DNA of 64,000 nt. Source: an uncultured Phycisphaerales bacterium (lineage in GTDB: Bacteria; Planctomycetota; B15-G4; CAYZWU01). Position 1 is the first letter of the stretch, and every line of letters begins with the position of its first letter. The notes under the pieces are model-generated. The model saw only the letters and a program-made list of their open reading frames with translations, had not been told where the DNA came from and made no database searches. Below, piece by piece: positions 39,868 through 49,235 of the stretch. Both the position numbers and the translations under genes were made by a program. The DNA lies in assembly GCA_964542475.1 (NCBI GenBank), contig CAZIUL010000009.1, positions 65,818 through 129,817 of the forward strand, in the 5' to 3' direction.

Positions 39868-41331
39868 TCAGTACACCCTTCTTTGCCGAGAGGAAGGCAC
39901 ATTCAACGCTTTTCTGTACTTGGTAACTGTCCGTCTGGCTATGCTGAGACCTTCCATCTCCAGGATTTTCATTATTTCCTGGTCTGACAACGGTTTCGTT
40001 TTGTTTTCGTTGTCGATCAGGTCCTTGACCTTCTGCTTGACTCCAACGCGCGATTCTACTTCACCGTCAGAAGACTTTGTAGCCCCGGTAAAAAAGCTCT
40101 TCAAAGAAAATATCCCCCTGGGCGCCTGGACATATTTGTCCGATATCGTACGGCTGATCGTTGAAACGTGGAGGCCAAGCTTGTCAGCCACCTCCTGCAT
40201 TTTCAGGGGTTTGAGGTGTTTTGTACCACGGTCAAGAAAATCACGCTGATGTTTCACAAGCACATCAACCACTCTTGAAAGCGTGCTTCTCCTCTGCTCA
40301 ATGGATTCGATGAGCCATTTGGCGGATTCGATCTTCTTGCGGAAGTGCATTCGCAGCTTTGGATCCAGGGACTTGTCCATGTACATCTTGAGATATGCTT
40401 CGCTGATTCCCAGTTTTGGGTAGTAGTCGTTCTGGAGCTGGATTTCGTACTCCCCGTCAATAAGCTCCAACACAACATCTGGATTGACATAAGGGATCGG
40501 GTCCGTCCTGAAAAGGCGTCCCGGTATTGGATCCAGATGGCTTATGTTCTCCAATGCATCCTGCACCTCTTCTATTGACCTGCTTGTTCGTTTCGCGATC
40601 TTGGGGAGCTGGTTCTTCGAAAGATCTTCGATGTGGTCTACAATGATCTTACGCATCAACTCATGGTCTGTGTGTGACGCATCCAGCTGGAGTAAAAGGC
40701 ATTCCCGAAGGTCTCTGGCACCGACCCCGGTTGGTTCGAAGGACTGAACCAGAACCAGGGCCTCTTCTTTCTTGGCTTGAGTATGATCTCCGGCTGATGG
40801 CATGTGGATCTCTTCCAGAGGATACAACAGGTAGCCGCGATCATTGATGTTGTAGATTATCTGCTCCGCAATAATCCTGATGTCCTGATCACAATCGGAC
40901 AGGCCCAGTTGGTTCTTCAAATGGTCCTGCAGCGTCATCGGCCGTGACATCGTGTTTTGCATCGCCCGGAACTTTGGATCATCCTCGCCGCTTTTGTGGC
41001 TGGAGCCGGTTCTCGTCCGATCCTTGTTCATTTCGATCATGTTTTTGAGACGCTCCATCTCTTCATCCAAGGAGAAGGAATCGTCATCGTCACCGTCTCT
41101 AGCGTCGTCCCCGTTTCCGTCGATGCTATCGCTCCGGTCAGAGCCTTCCGTCTGCTTGATCTCTTCCAGCGGCTCAACCTGCTCGAGAACTTCGTTTTCC
41201 ATCAGCTCGTTCTCTATGAGCTCCTTGAGATCCATGGACTGCAGCTGCAGAATCTCGATCCGCTGTATAAGCTGCGGAGACATCTTGAGCTTCTGCTCAA
41301 GACGCATGTTCTGCATGAGTTCCAGCTTCAT
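39868..41331 (-). CDS. rpoN: RNA polymerase sigma-54 factor RpoN
   Basis: N-terminal Gln/Leu-rich region I (MKLELMQNMRLEQKLKMSPQLIQRIEILQLQ). Acidic region II. C-terminal HTH and RpoN box ARRTVTKYR. Confidence 0.95.
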   Translation of the reverse strand: MKLELMQNMRLEQKLKMSPQLIQRIEILQLQSMDLKELIENELMENEVLEQVEPLEEIKQTEGSDRSDSIDGNGDDARDGDDDDSFSLDEEMERLKNMIEMNKDRTRTGSSHKSGEDDPKFRAMQNTMSRPMTLQDHLKNQLGLSDCDQDIRIIAEQIIYNINDRGYLLYPLEEIHMPSAGDHTQAKKEEALVLVQSFEPTGVGARDLRECLLLQLDASHTDHELMRKIIVDHIEDLSKNQLPKIAKRTSRSIEEVQDALENISHLDPIPGRLFRTDPIPYVNPDVVLELIDGEYEIQLQNDYYPKLGISEAYLKMYMDKSLDPKLRMHFRKKIESAKWLIESIEQRRSTLSRVVDVLVKHQRDFLDRGTKHLKPLKMQEVADKLGLHVSTISRTISDKYVQAPRGIFSLKSFFTGATKSSDGEVESRVGVKQKVKDLIDNENKTKPLSDQEIMKILEMEGLSIARRTVTKYRKALNVPSSRQRRVY

Positions 41332-41344
41332 GATCAGCCCAGCC

Positions 41345-41941
41345 CTACAGTTTCATCGCTATTCTGTCAGCGAGCGCGTCCGACAGCATGGCCTGGTTTG
41401 CGTATTCGATCTTAGATCCCGTGGCAATGCCGCGCGCTATCCTTGTGATCATTATTCCGGTTCCTTCCAGTTTCCTGGCCAGCAAAAGGGCGGTTCCATC
41501 TCCCTCGAAATCCGGATTTGTTGCAATAATGATCTCCTTCGCCTCACCTTCATTGGCTCGATTCAGAAGAGCCTCCAACGTCAGGTGCTCCGGCAACACA
41601 CCCTCAATCGGATCCAGCGCCCCTTGCAAAACGTGATACAGCCCCCTCCAGCCGGCATCCTCCAGGGCGGTTAAATCGCCCAGCCCTTCAACAACAAGGA
41701 TCCTCTCCCTGTCCCGGTCAGGGGACCGGCAGATGGGACAAGGATCGTCTTCCGAGGTATTGAAACAGATGGAGCAGGACCTGCTTTTTTCCGCAACCAT
41801 CCGAACGGCATCGGCAAGCGCAAGAGCATTGAGCTTGCCGCTCCTCAGAAGGAAAAGCGTCATCCGCTCCGCTGTTTTCTCTCCTATTCCAGGGAGCTTT
41901 TTGAACTCCCCTATCAAACTGTCAATACACTCGGGATACAT
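41345..41941 (-). CDS. recR: Recombination protein RecR
   Basis: HhH motif LPGIGEKTAERM. C4 zinc finger CSICFNTSEDDPCPIC. Toprim domain. 198 aa. Confidence 0.95.
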   Translation of the reverse strand: MYPECIDSLIGEFKKLPGIGEKTAERMTLFLLRSGKLNALALADAVRMVAEKSRSCSICFNTSEDDPCPICRSPDRDRERILVVEGLGDLTALEDAGWRGLYHVLQGALDPIEGVLPEHLTLEALLNRANEGEAKEIIIATNPDFEGDGTALLLARKLEGTGIMITRIARGIATGSKIEYANQAMLSDALADRIAMKL

Positions 41942-42074
41942 GTCATACCATCGCTAAAAAAGTGACAATCTCCTGTGGTAACAACTATCGGCGACCGGTT
42001 ACGCCTTCATGCATAGATTATACTCGAAAAAACCCGGGGTTTCCAGTTAGTGGGGAGAAGGATGGATTTCTTTT

Positions 42075-42236
42075 GGTTCAGAGGTTGTAGAGGGGGATGA
42101 TGAAAATCGAGTGATTCGAGGATAGGAGGATTGGCAGTTGCCGCCGGTTCATCAATGCACAACAAGCAGAGGGTTTAGATACCAAGGCCGATTCGTAGTT
42201 CAACGATCTCCACCGACAACCTTGAACCTCTGAACC
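42075..42236. repeat. Family-B MITE-like element, second full copy
   Basis: ggttcagaggttgtagagg ... caaccttgaacctctgaacc. Collinear with 37745-37903. Lies between recR and ybaB. Confidence 0.75.
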
Positions 42237-42247
42237 TCGAACCTCCG

Positions 42248-42568
42248 CTAAAACATGCCTGGAAACGTCAATCCTCCCGTCAGCTTGGACAGCTCATTTT
42301 CCTGCAGCTCCTTTGCCGCGGTGAGCCCCTGCTTCACTGCAGCCACGACCATGTCTTCCAGCAGTTCGACATCTTCAGGATCCAGAACGCTTGGATCTAT
42401 CTTGATCGAGAGGAGTTCCCTGCTTCCGTTTACCCGGGACACGACAGTCCCGCCTCCAGCCGATCCTTCGATAACCTTCGATTTCAACTCTTCCTGGATC
42501 CTTGTCACATCTTTCTGCATTCTCTGGGCTTGCTTCAAAAGGTTGGAAAAATCTCCTAATCCACTCAT
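42248..42568 (-). CDS. ybaB: Nucleoid-associated protein YbaB/EbfC
   Basis: Start MSGLGDFSNLLKQAQRMQ at 42568 (ATG verified) with a GGAGAG SD. The track ORF is extended 25 codons from a TTG. Confidence 0.9.
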   Translation of the reverse strand: MSGLGDFSNLLKQAQRMQKDVTRIQEELKSKVIEGSAGGGTVVSRVNGSRELLSIKIDPSVLDPEDVELLEDMVVAAVKQGLTAAKELQENELSKLTGGLTFPGMF

Positions 42569-42623
42569 GTGTCTCTCCTGCTCATATCCGTGGTTTACCG
42601 CACAACTCAGCATCCGGTCCCGG

Positions 42624-44303
42624 TCAGACGAGGTCCCCTTCAAAATGGTCTATTGTCTTCCGGACAATGGGAGGTATTTCCTTTTTGCCCGAATGCGGCG
42701 CCGCTTTCACAGAAAAACCGAACTGCCTTCCGAAAACGCTCTTCGAGGCGTTATCGACCGTTTTCATGTTCTCTTTGCTGTTCAGGCTAAAAACAGTTCC
42801 GCCCTCCTTCTCCTCTGGATCAAGCAGCTCAAAAGATTTACCGTCAAAGGAAATGATCTCCAGCCGTCTGAGATATGTTGCCAGGGTTTTCGATCGCTTC
42901 TCGACCTCACCGAGGATCTTCGAAAAGACGGCTGAAGGGGTTTCTCCCTCTAGAGACGAACCCGCCGGGACTGAAGAGGCGCTGCCACGCGACTCCCTCT
43001 TTTTTCCGCTCCCGGGTGGTGGTTGGGACGGATGCCCGGATACGGGTTTCCTTCCGGCGGGCTTGTTTCGCGGGGATCCCTTGCCGGTTTCAGGGTCAGC
43101 GCCGGATGGCGACGGAGCTACCGGACCCGCTTTCCCAGCGGCAGCCCCGCCTGCACCGCGGTCTTCTCTGCCGCCGCCTTCTCCCAGCGACCGCATGGCA
43201 TCGGACAGTGCCATCGAATAAGAAAAGCGGGCCATCTTCAGAAGGGACATCTCCGTAAGCACTCTTTCATCATCGAACCAGCGGGTCTTTCGCAAGGCTT
43301 CCAATGTAATCTGCAAGCAACCCAGAATACGATCCAGGTCGGTTCTCTCCGCCTGCTGCCTGCATCTCTCCTCAAGTCCGGACAGGCTGTTTGTGATGTC
43401 CTCCCTCGCCCCTGCCGCAACAAGCATCAAAGCCCGCAGGTAATCAAGCAGGTCTTTCAACAGATCCTCCCCCTGTGTACCGGATTCATACACGCGATCT
43501 ACAAAATCGAGAACCATGGAAAGGTCTTCATCCAGAACACCATCCATCAGATCAGCGATATCGCTCGGTGAAAGCCTTCCGGTAAGCGAGTTCAACGACT
43601 CGAAGTCCGCACATCCTCCACCCAGCGCGGCAACCTGGTCAAGGAGGGATTCGGCATCCCTCAACCCCCCCCTGGACAATGCGGCTATCCTCTGCAGAAC
43701 CCCGGTATCGCATTCAATCGACTCGGCCACGGCGATGTTTTCAAGCCTCGCTGCGATGTCCGAACTCGATATGCGCCGGAACTCATAACACTGGCACCGG
43801 GAGCGCACCGTCTCCGGCATCTTCTGCGGTTCTGTTGTAGCAAAAATGAACTTTACATGCTCGGGCGGCTCCTCAAGCGTCTTGAGAAGCGCGTTGAAGG
43901 ATTCCATGGTAAGCATGTGCACTTCGTCTATTATGTAGATCTTGTGACGGCTGTTGGCAGGAACATACCTGACGTTTTCCCTTAGAGCGCGTATGTGGTC
44001 TATGCCCCTGTTGGATGCGGCATCGATCTCCACAACATCCATATCATTACCGCTTACAATCGAGACACATCGCTCACACTTCAGGCACGGCTCAGCGGTT
44101 GGTCCCTCCTCGCAGTTCAGAGCCTTGGCCAGGATGCGCGCCATCGATGTCTTTCCGACTCCGCGCGGACCGGAGAACAGGAAAGCGTGTGCGACACGCT
44201 CCTTTTTTATGGCGTTTTCGAGTGTCCTGGAAATCCACTCCTGGCCGATTATCTCCTTGAATGTGCCAGGTCTGTACTTCCTTGCAAGAACTGTATACGA
44301 CAT
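42624..44303 (-). CDS. dnaX: DNA polymerase III subunit tau/gamma DnaX
   Basis: AAA+ clamp-loader motifs (GPRGVGKTS, DEVHML, SRC). C-terminal Pro/Gly/Ser-rich tau linker. In-frame A AAA AAG heptamer at 42999-43005. Confidence 0.9.
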   Translation of the reverse strand: MSYTVLARKYRPGTFKEIIGQEWISRTLENAIKKERVAHAFLFSGPRGVGKTSMARILAKALNCEEGPTAEPCLKCERCVSIVSGNDMDVVEIDAASNRGIDHIRALRENVRYVPANSRHKIYIIDEVHMLTMESFNALLKTLEEPPEHVKFIFATTEPQKMPETVRSRCQCYEFRRISSSDIAARLENIAVAESIECDTGVLQRIAALSRGGLRDAESLLDQVAALGGGCADFESLNSLTGRLSPSDIADLMDGVLDEDLSMVLDFVDRVYESGTQGEDLLKDLLDYLRALMLVAAGAREDITNSLSGLEERCRQQAERTDLDRILGCLQITLEALRKTRWFDDERVLTEMSLLKMARFSYSMALSDAMRSLGEGGGREDRGAGGAAAGKAGPVAPSPSGADPETGKGSPRNKPAGRKPVSGHPSQPPPGSGKKRESRGSASSVPAGSSLEGETPSAVFSKILGEVEKRSKTLATYLRRLEIISFDGKSFELLDPEEKEGGTVFSLNSKENMKTVDNASKSVFGRQFGFSVKAAPHSGKKEIPPIVRKTIDHFEGDLV

Positions 44304-44663
44304 TTGATCCCATCCAAACGACTACCGCAACGAAAAGGGCCGTGCGCCGTTTATCGAGGAATCCGCACTTCCTGAAAAACCCGCTGAAGCTCAGTCCGAG
44401 TACTCCCTCACACCTAAGATCAAAATGCTTATGGCTGCTCCCGTCAGGGCCTGACCAGGTTCACACCTTCTTACCGTAAAGGAACTCTTTCCTCAACACT
44501 CCAATCGGGCAACCGGAAAGCACCGATATCCCCTCAAAACGGCATCACCCCCGCGTATAGAGGATTTCGGGTACAAGGCACCCCTAATGCCCCGGCTGCA
44601 CGGCCAAATTATATATGCTAAAAACCTCTCTGCCGGTACACATCGTACAAGCAGGTTGATGGC

Positions 44664-44756
44664 TGGCGGAGAGGGCGGGATTCGAACCCGCGAGGCAGGG
44701 AATACCCGCCTACACGCTTTCCAAGCGTGCTCTTTCGGCCACTCAGACACCTCTCC
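44664..44756 (-). tRNA. tRNA-Ser (anticodon GGA), class II, CCA encoded
   Basis: The reverse complement folds by hand into a cloverleaf. Acceptor stem GGAGAGG/CCTCTCC. Anticodon loop TTGGAAA. Long variable arm. T-arm GCGGGTTCGAATCCCGC. Confidence 0.8.
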
Positions 44757-44885
44757 AGAACAGTTACATTACAAAAGAACGCTTCGATATCAGCCGACAT
44801 CTCTTTCAGCCCTGCATCAAGCGGGCTGTGTTATCCCCGGGCCCTCCTGTCAGCATCCCCGCTCCTCAAGGGACGGTGAAAAAAG

Positions 44886-44975
44886 TGGCGGAGAGGGAGG
44901 GATTCGAACCCCCGGGCCCATTACTGGGCCAACGGTTTTCGAGACCGCCCCGATCGACCGCTCCGGCACCTCTCC
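44886..44975 (-). tRNA. tRNA-Ser (anticodon CGA), class II, CCA encoded
   Basis: Acceptor stem GGAGAGG/CCTCTCC. Anticodon stem-loop GCGGT-CTCGAAA-ACCGT. Long variable arm. T-arm GGGGGTTCGAATCCCTC. Confidence 0.8.
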
Positions 44976-45149
44976 GCTTCTGGAAAATCAAACCGAAGAA
45001 ACCCGCTAACCGGGGTACCATCGGACAAAAACAGATCCAAAGAGGCCGGGAAGGCGCAACAGCAAAGGCAAGCCAAATAGCCTTTCCATGGATCTTCAGG
45101 GATTTTATCCGTTTTTTTGCAGAAATAAAAACAAAAATACGAGAGGGCA

Positions 45150-45240
45150 AGCCCGCATATTTCATCCTCTTCTGCTGCGGTACCGTAATCTGCGCTGCGG
45201 CTGCGTTTCATGCCGGGAAACGATCCTCAACCTGTAGGAC
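45150..45240. repeat. Family-A element, truncated copy (left ~90 bp) abutting the tadA stop
   Basis: gcccgcatatttcatcctcttctgctgcggtaccgtaatctgcgctgcggctgcgtttcatgccgggaaacgatcctcaacctgtagga aligns base for base with the right half (reverse complement) of the 12331-12510 element. Confidence 0.7.
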
Positions 45241-45242
45241 AA

Positions 45243-45713
45243 CTATCGCTTGGACCTGAAAAAACTCTGCAAAAGAGCCCGGCAGTCATGCTCCAGCACT
45301 CCAAAATCAATGGAAAGGGAATGGTTCAAGGCGGGATGCCCCGCTACATCGATGACAGATCCGCAAGCGCCCACTTTGAAATCAGGGGTTCCTATGACAA
45401 GGCGTTGCACTCTGGCGTGAACAAGTGCACCGATGCACATCAAGCAAGGTTCTTTGGTGACAAAAACCTCCACGGAAGTAAGCCTTTGAGCTTCCATGAC
45501 GGCACAAGCCTGAGTGATTCCGATCATCTCCGCATGCGCGGTGGGATCGCCAAGGCCCTCACATTGATTTCTCGACCGTGCAATGACCTTGTCGCCATGA
45601 ACGAACACGGCGCCAACAGGGATCTCTTCTTGATCAGCCGCTGCCTCGGCCTCGAGCAATGCGATTCTCATGTAGCCTTTGTCTCTTTCAGACACAGTCA
45701 TGTTGCACCTCAC
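45243..45713 (-). CDS. tadA: tRNA-specific adenosine deaminase TadA
   Basis: CMP/dCMP deaminase zinc motifs HAEMIGI and PCLMCIGAL. 156 aa (start may be the internal ATG MTVSER). Confidence 0.85.
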   Translation of the reverse strand: MRCNMTVSERDKGYMRIALLEAEAAADQEEIPVGAVFVHGDKVIARSRNQCEGLGDPTAHAEMIGITQACAVMEAQRLTSVEVFVTKEPCLMCIGALVHARVQRLVIGTPDFKVGACGSVIDVAGHPALNHSLSIDFGVLEHDCRALLQSFFRSKR

Positions 45714-46162
45714 CCAAAATCGTTTGCCTCATGAACCACAACAATAGGGCAAAAAAAACATGTCCTTATCCCGCATGCAGCATGGATAAGGATTGCATTG
45801 TTACCGAAGCCGACAGAGCCGCACTTACAGCTGCAAACTGTTCCTATCTGAGAAGGCCGTTTATCGAACAACCTATAGTAAGAAATTTTACAGAATTTTC
45901 TAAATTTTTACATCAAAGCACCGATTATAAAATTGGTTGGCAGTTTCTGTTCGTTTCTTCTTTTTGTCGGGTTCATTTCCATCTCAAAGTTCCCAACAAA
46001 AAACTGAAGAAATGCTTCTAACCTTTCAGGTTGAACTGTTTCAACAATTGTTCTTCATAAAATTGTCGTTCAAACACAGCGCCGCACCATGCATTTTGTC
46101 GTGTAAAACGAACCGATGATCAAAGTTCCTGCTAACAGGATATGGAACTTTTTAGTGGCGCG

Positions 46163-46193
46163 CTCGAGAGTTCTTGGTCTTTAGACTCTCGAG
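46163..46193. promoter_or_regulatory. Perfect 9-bp inverted repeat ctcgagagt-N13-actctcgag upstream of the histone-like gene (candidate operator)
   Basis: Palindrome centred ~45 bp upstream of ATG 46224. Preceded by a ~130-bp AT-rich tract (45880-46010). Confidence 0.35.
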
Positions 46194-46223
46194 AAAAATT
46201 CACTCTTTTAAGGAGTAGTGGAG

Positions 46224-46466
46224 ATGGCAGCGAAGAAGAAGACCAAGAAGGTGGCGAAAAAGAAAAAAGTCGCCAAGAAAAAGAAGGTGGTCAAGAAAAA
46301 GGTAGCCAAGAAAAAAACAAAGAAGAAGGCGAAGAAAAAGGTAGCCAAGAAAAAAGTCGCCAAGAAGAAGACAACCAAGAAGAAGACAAAGAAGAAAGCA
46401 AAGAAAAAGGTAGCTAAGAAGAAGAAGACAAAAAAGAAAGCGAAGAAAAAAGCAAAGAAGCGTTAA
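46224..46466 (+). CDS. Histone H1-like Lys/Ala-rich basic protein (about 80 aa of KKxAKKK repeats)
   Basis: AAGGAG SD 8 nt upstream of ATG. Entire ORF is (V/A)KKKxKKK repeats with strong codon periodicity. Terminator immediately downstream. The antisense ORF 46200-46508 is just the complement. Confidence 0.7.
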   Translation: MAAKKKTKKVAKKKKVAKKKKVVKKKVAKKKTKKKAKKKVAKKKVAKKKTTKKKTKKKAKKKVAKKKKTKKKAKKKAKKR

Positions 46467-46495
46467 TCGAGCAACATCTTCGTGACCGTAATCCG

Positions 46496-46530
46496 AAAGG
46501 GGCCGCAAAACTTGCGGCCCCTTTACTTAT
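46496..46530. terminator. Rho-independent terminator hairpin (bidirectional position)
   Basis: aaaggggccgcaaaacttgcggcccctttac, a GC-rich 9-bp stem. Lies between the convergent histone-like gene (+) and spoVR (-). Confidence 0.65.
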
Positions 46531-46548
46531 CTGCAGCGATCATTTCGA

Positions 46549-48075
46549 CTATGCGCCGTCTTCCTGCCCATCCGTTTCATCTTCTTCCTGAACATCAACC
46601 TGCCGAACTGTAACCTCCTTCCCATCATAGCTTAAGAGCGTTTCCTTTCCGTCGATGGCTGTCAGGATGTGCACGGGTCTGTTCCAAATCCTGCCGACAT
46701 TCTTCAGGGTGTCCAGTGCATGATTCGTCTGGAGCTCGATTCCGGTCCAGTTGTGGATAAGAAGCAGCTCGCCCCTGTTTTGATGGTTTCCGTCGCCGAC
46801 GTAGATAAAGGGTTGGCCAAAGTTGGTCAGCGAAAAAAGCAGGCTGTCCTTCACCTTCCTATGGTCCCTGTCAGCAATCTCATACTGCCCTGTCCGGGGG
46901 TCTCGCTTGTAGACGAATAGCTTCTGGGCTTCGCAGAACTCCTTCGTCATGAAGGTGTCTATAAAAGTGATATCGTTGTAGATTTTCCTAACATCAAAAA
47001 TCTTCTTGAGCCCTTCGTTCAACTGTTTATCCCACGTCTCCTTTTCGTAAAAATCATCGCACTCATCGTACTCCCTTCCGTAGCGCCCCTTGTTCCAGCG
47101 GTTCTCGATATCCCGGAAAAGCTCGATCCCGAGCTTGTAAGGGTTCAGCCTGCCCGGGGAAGATGCGAGTGTTCCCGAGTGATGATCCGCAAACTCCACT
47201 ACTTCCGAATCCCGCAGGATCTTTTCGGTCATCATGGTCGAATGCCAGTAACTCGCCCATCCCTCGTTCATGATCTTTGTTTGAGCCTGCGGGGCAAAGT
47301 AATAGGCTTCTTCCCTTACTATGGAGAGCACCTCCTGCTGCCACCTTGTCAATGGTGCGTGATCCAGCAAAAACCGCAGAACATCCTTCTGCGGCTCAGA
47401 CGGAAACTGTTTCTTCATCCTTATCTCTCTCTCGATGCTCTCCTTCTGCCTGGCGACATGCTCGGTCGGGTTGATATAGCGGTCCATGTACTGCTTGGCC
47501 TTCAGTTTCTTCACATCTCGCGGGCTTCGGGAACCGCCTTCATGACCAGACCGGTCGGCCGCGCCGCGCACGATGTAAGGAGCATGAGGATCGATGAGGT
47601 TGTCGAGAGAGAGACAGCACTCCAGGAAACCCTCCACTGCTCTGATGCCATGTTTCTCGATGAACTTCCTCATCTTGGTCCCGTGGTTCGCCATGTTGTC
47701 CATCATCTTCCGGTCCGTCTTCGAGAACCAGTAGTTGTTCTTGAAGAAGTCGCAATGAGCGTAAACATGGGCAATCACGATCTTTTGATCCACCAGATGG
47801 TTACACTTCAAGAGATAGGCATAGCAAGGATCGTTGTTGATCACCATCTCATAAATCTTCTGAAGGCCGTATGCGTATCCCTTGGAAAGGCGGTTATACT
47901 CCATGCCAAAGCGCCAGTGAGGATAGCGGGTGGGAAATCCTCCATAGGCGGCCACCTCGTTCAGCTCATCGAAATCGAGCACCTCGAAGATGGTTTCATA
48001 GAAGTCCAGGCCGTATCCCCTGGCAAACCCTTCGATCTCGATTTGTATCTTCCGAAGTTCCGATTCGATGCTCAT
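46549..48075 (-). CDS. spoVR: SpoVR-family protein
   Basis: 508 aa. Diagnostic N-terminal region [40 protein letters not shown]. Third gene of the prkA-yeaH-spoVR module. Confidence 0.9.
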   Translation of the reverse strand: MSIESELRKIQIEIEGFARGYGLDFYETIFEVLDFDELNEVAAYGGFPTRYPHWRFGMEYNRLSKGYAYGLQKIYEMVINNDPCYAYLLKCNHLVDQKIVIAHVYAHCDFFKNNYWFSKTDRKMMDNMANHGTKMRKFIEKHGIRAVEGFLECCLSLDNLIDPHAPYIVRGAADRSGHEGGSRSPRDVKKLKAKQYMDRYINPTEHVARQKESIEREIRMKKQFPSEPQKDVLRFLLDHAPLTRWQQEVLSIVREEAYYFAPQAQTKIMNEGWASYWHSTMMTEKILRDSEVVEFADHHSGTLASSPGRLNPYKLGIELFRDIENRWNKGRYGREYDECDDFYEKETWDKQLNEGLKKIFDVRKIYNDITFIDTFMTKEFCEAQKLFVYKRDPRTGQYEIADRDHRKVKDSLLFSLTNFGQPFIYVGDGNHQNRGELLLIHNWTGIELQTNHALDTLKNVGRIWNRPVHILTAIDGKETLLSYDGKEVTVRQVDVQEEDETDGQEDGA

Positions 48076-49169
48076 TTGCCCTTACCCAGAAATTCCCTTA
48101 TCGAATCCATAATACCGTCCCGATCCGGGATATCAGACGTTATCAACCGGTTGTCGTCCCCGAAAACCTTGTCCAAATCTTTCTTGAACTGCCCGGACCC
48201 GTAAGCGGATTTTACCTGACCGTAACAAAAAACATTGACAGCGGGAAAGATGTCGTCCTTGAGAAAATCGATACACTTTTCCGTGTCCCTACTGCTCCAG
48301 TTGTCGCCGTCCGAAAAATGAAACGGGTAGATATTCCATTCAGAAGGATGAAACTTATCCTCGATCATCTTGATACAGAGCTCAAATGCTGATGAAATCT
48401 TTGTGCCGCCTGATTCGCGCAGATGGAAAAAGGTGTGCTCATCCACTTCCTTTGCGGCCGCGTCGTGGACAATGAAGCGCCTTTCGATGCTCTTGTACTG
48501 CGATTTGAGCCAGGTGTCGATCCAGAAGGTCTCCAGCCTGACGACATCCTTTTGTTCATTGCCCATGGAACCCGAAACATCCATCATGTAGATGATGACG
48601 GCGTTGTTGTCGGGGTTTTGCCGCTCTGTCCAGGAACGATACCGTCTGTCATCCCTAATAGGAATGATCACCGGATCTTCCAGATCGTAGTTCCCGGTGG
48701 AAAGCTCGCGCTTGAGCGCCTCCTTGAAGGTTCGCTTGAAATGACGCAGCGACTCAGGGCCGACGCGCCTGATACCTGAGTATCGTCCTCCTGACGAAGT
48801 GATGTTGTCCTTCCCTCTCGGCTCTATTCTCGGCAGCTCCAGCTCTTCACCAAGGATCTGTGCCAGCTCCTCGAGCGTCACCTCAACCTCCAGGATGTGA
48901 GATCCCGGCTGATCTCCGGCAGCCCCCCGCCCATCATCCCCATCTACCGGCGTTCCCGCGTCTCCTTCGCCCTTCCCCACACCTTCCTTTTTGTTGTCGC
49001 CGTAATGAAAACGCGGCAGATCGATCTGTGGAATCGGTATGCTTACGATATTCCGTCCCTTCCTCCCTATCATTTCACGACCGGAAATGTACTTCTTGAG
49101 GTTCTTCTTGATCTTGCCCTTGACTATCTGATCGAAGCGGCTCTTGTCCTTGTCTATCTTGCGAACCAT
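48072..49169 (-). CDS. yeaH: YeaH/YhbH (DUF444) family protein
   Basis: DUF444 signature with a Gly-rich acidic loop and a vWA-like C-terminal half. 4-bp overlap with spoVR, 66 bp after prkA. Confidence 0.85.
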   Translation of the reverse strand: MVRKIDKDKSRFDQIVKGKIKKNLKKYISGREMIGRKGRNIVSIPIPQIDLPRFHYGDNKKEGVGKGEGDAGTPVDGDDGRGAAGDQPGSHILEVEVTLEELAQILGEELELPRIEPRGKDNITSSGGRYSGIRRVGPESLRHFKRTFKEALKRELSTGNYDLEDPVIIPIRDDRRYRSWTERQNPDNNAVIIYMMDVSGSMGNEQKDVVRLETFWIDTWLKSQYKSIERRFIVHDAAAKEVDEHTFFHLRESGGTKISSAFELCIKMIEDKFHPSEWNIYPFHFSDGDNWSSRDTEKCIDFLKDDIFPAVNVFCYGQVKSAYGSGQFKKDLDKVFGDDNRLITSDIPDRDGIMDSIREFLGKGK

Positions 49170-49235
49170 GATACCTCGCGGCCCCGTTCTGTAAGAAAAC
49201 CTTTTCGAATCGCCTTGCCGGATGACCGGTTGTAC

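Noticed and set aside
42502-43571. Several 120-240-aa plus-strand ORFs inside dnaX (and similar ones inside pilB, pilT, the EF-G-like gene, prkA, the YfhO genes and citrate synthase)
   Set aside because: High GC content gives long antisense open frames. They lack motifs and overlap well-supported genes on the other strand.
46200-46508. Minus-strand 102-aa Leu/Phe-rich ORF
   Set aside because: Exact complement of the Lys-rich repeat gene. The plus-strand gene has an SD and a terminator, and the minus frame does not.
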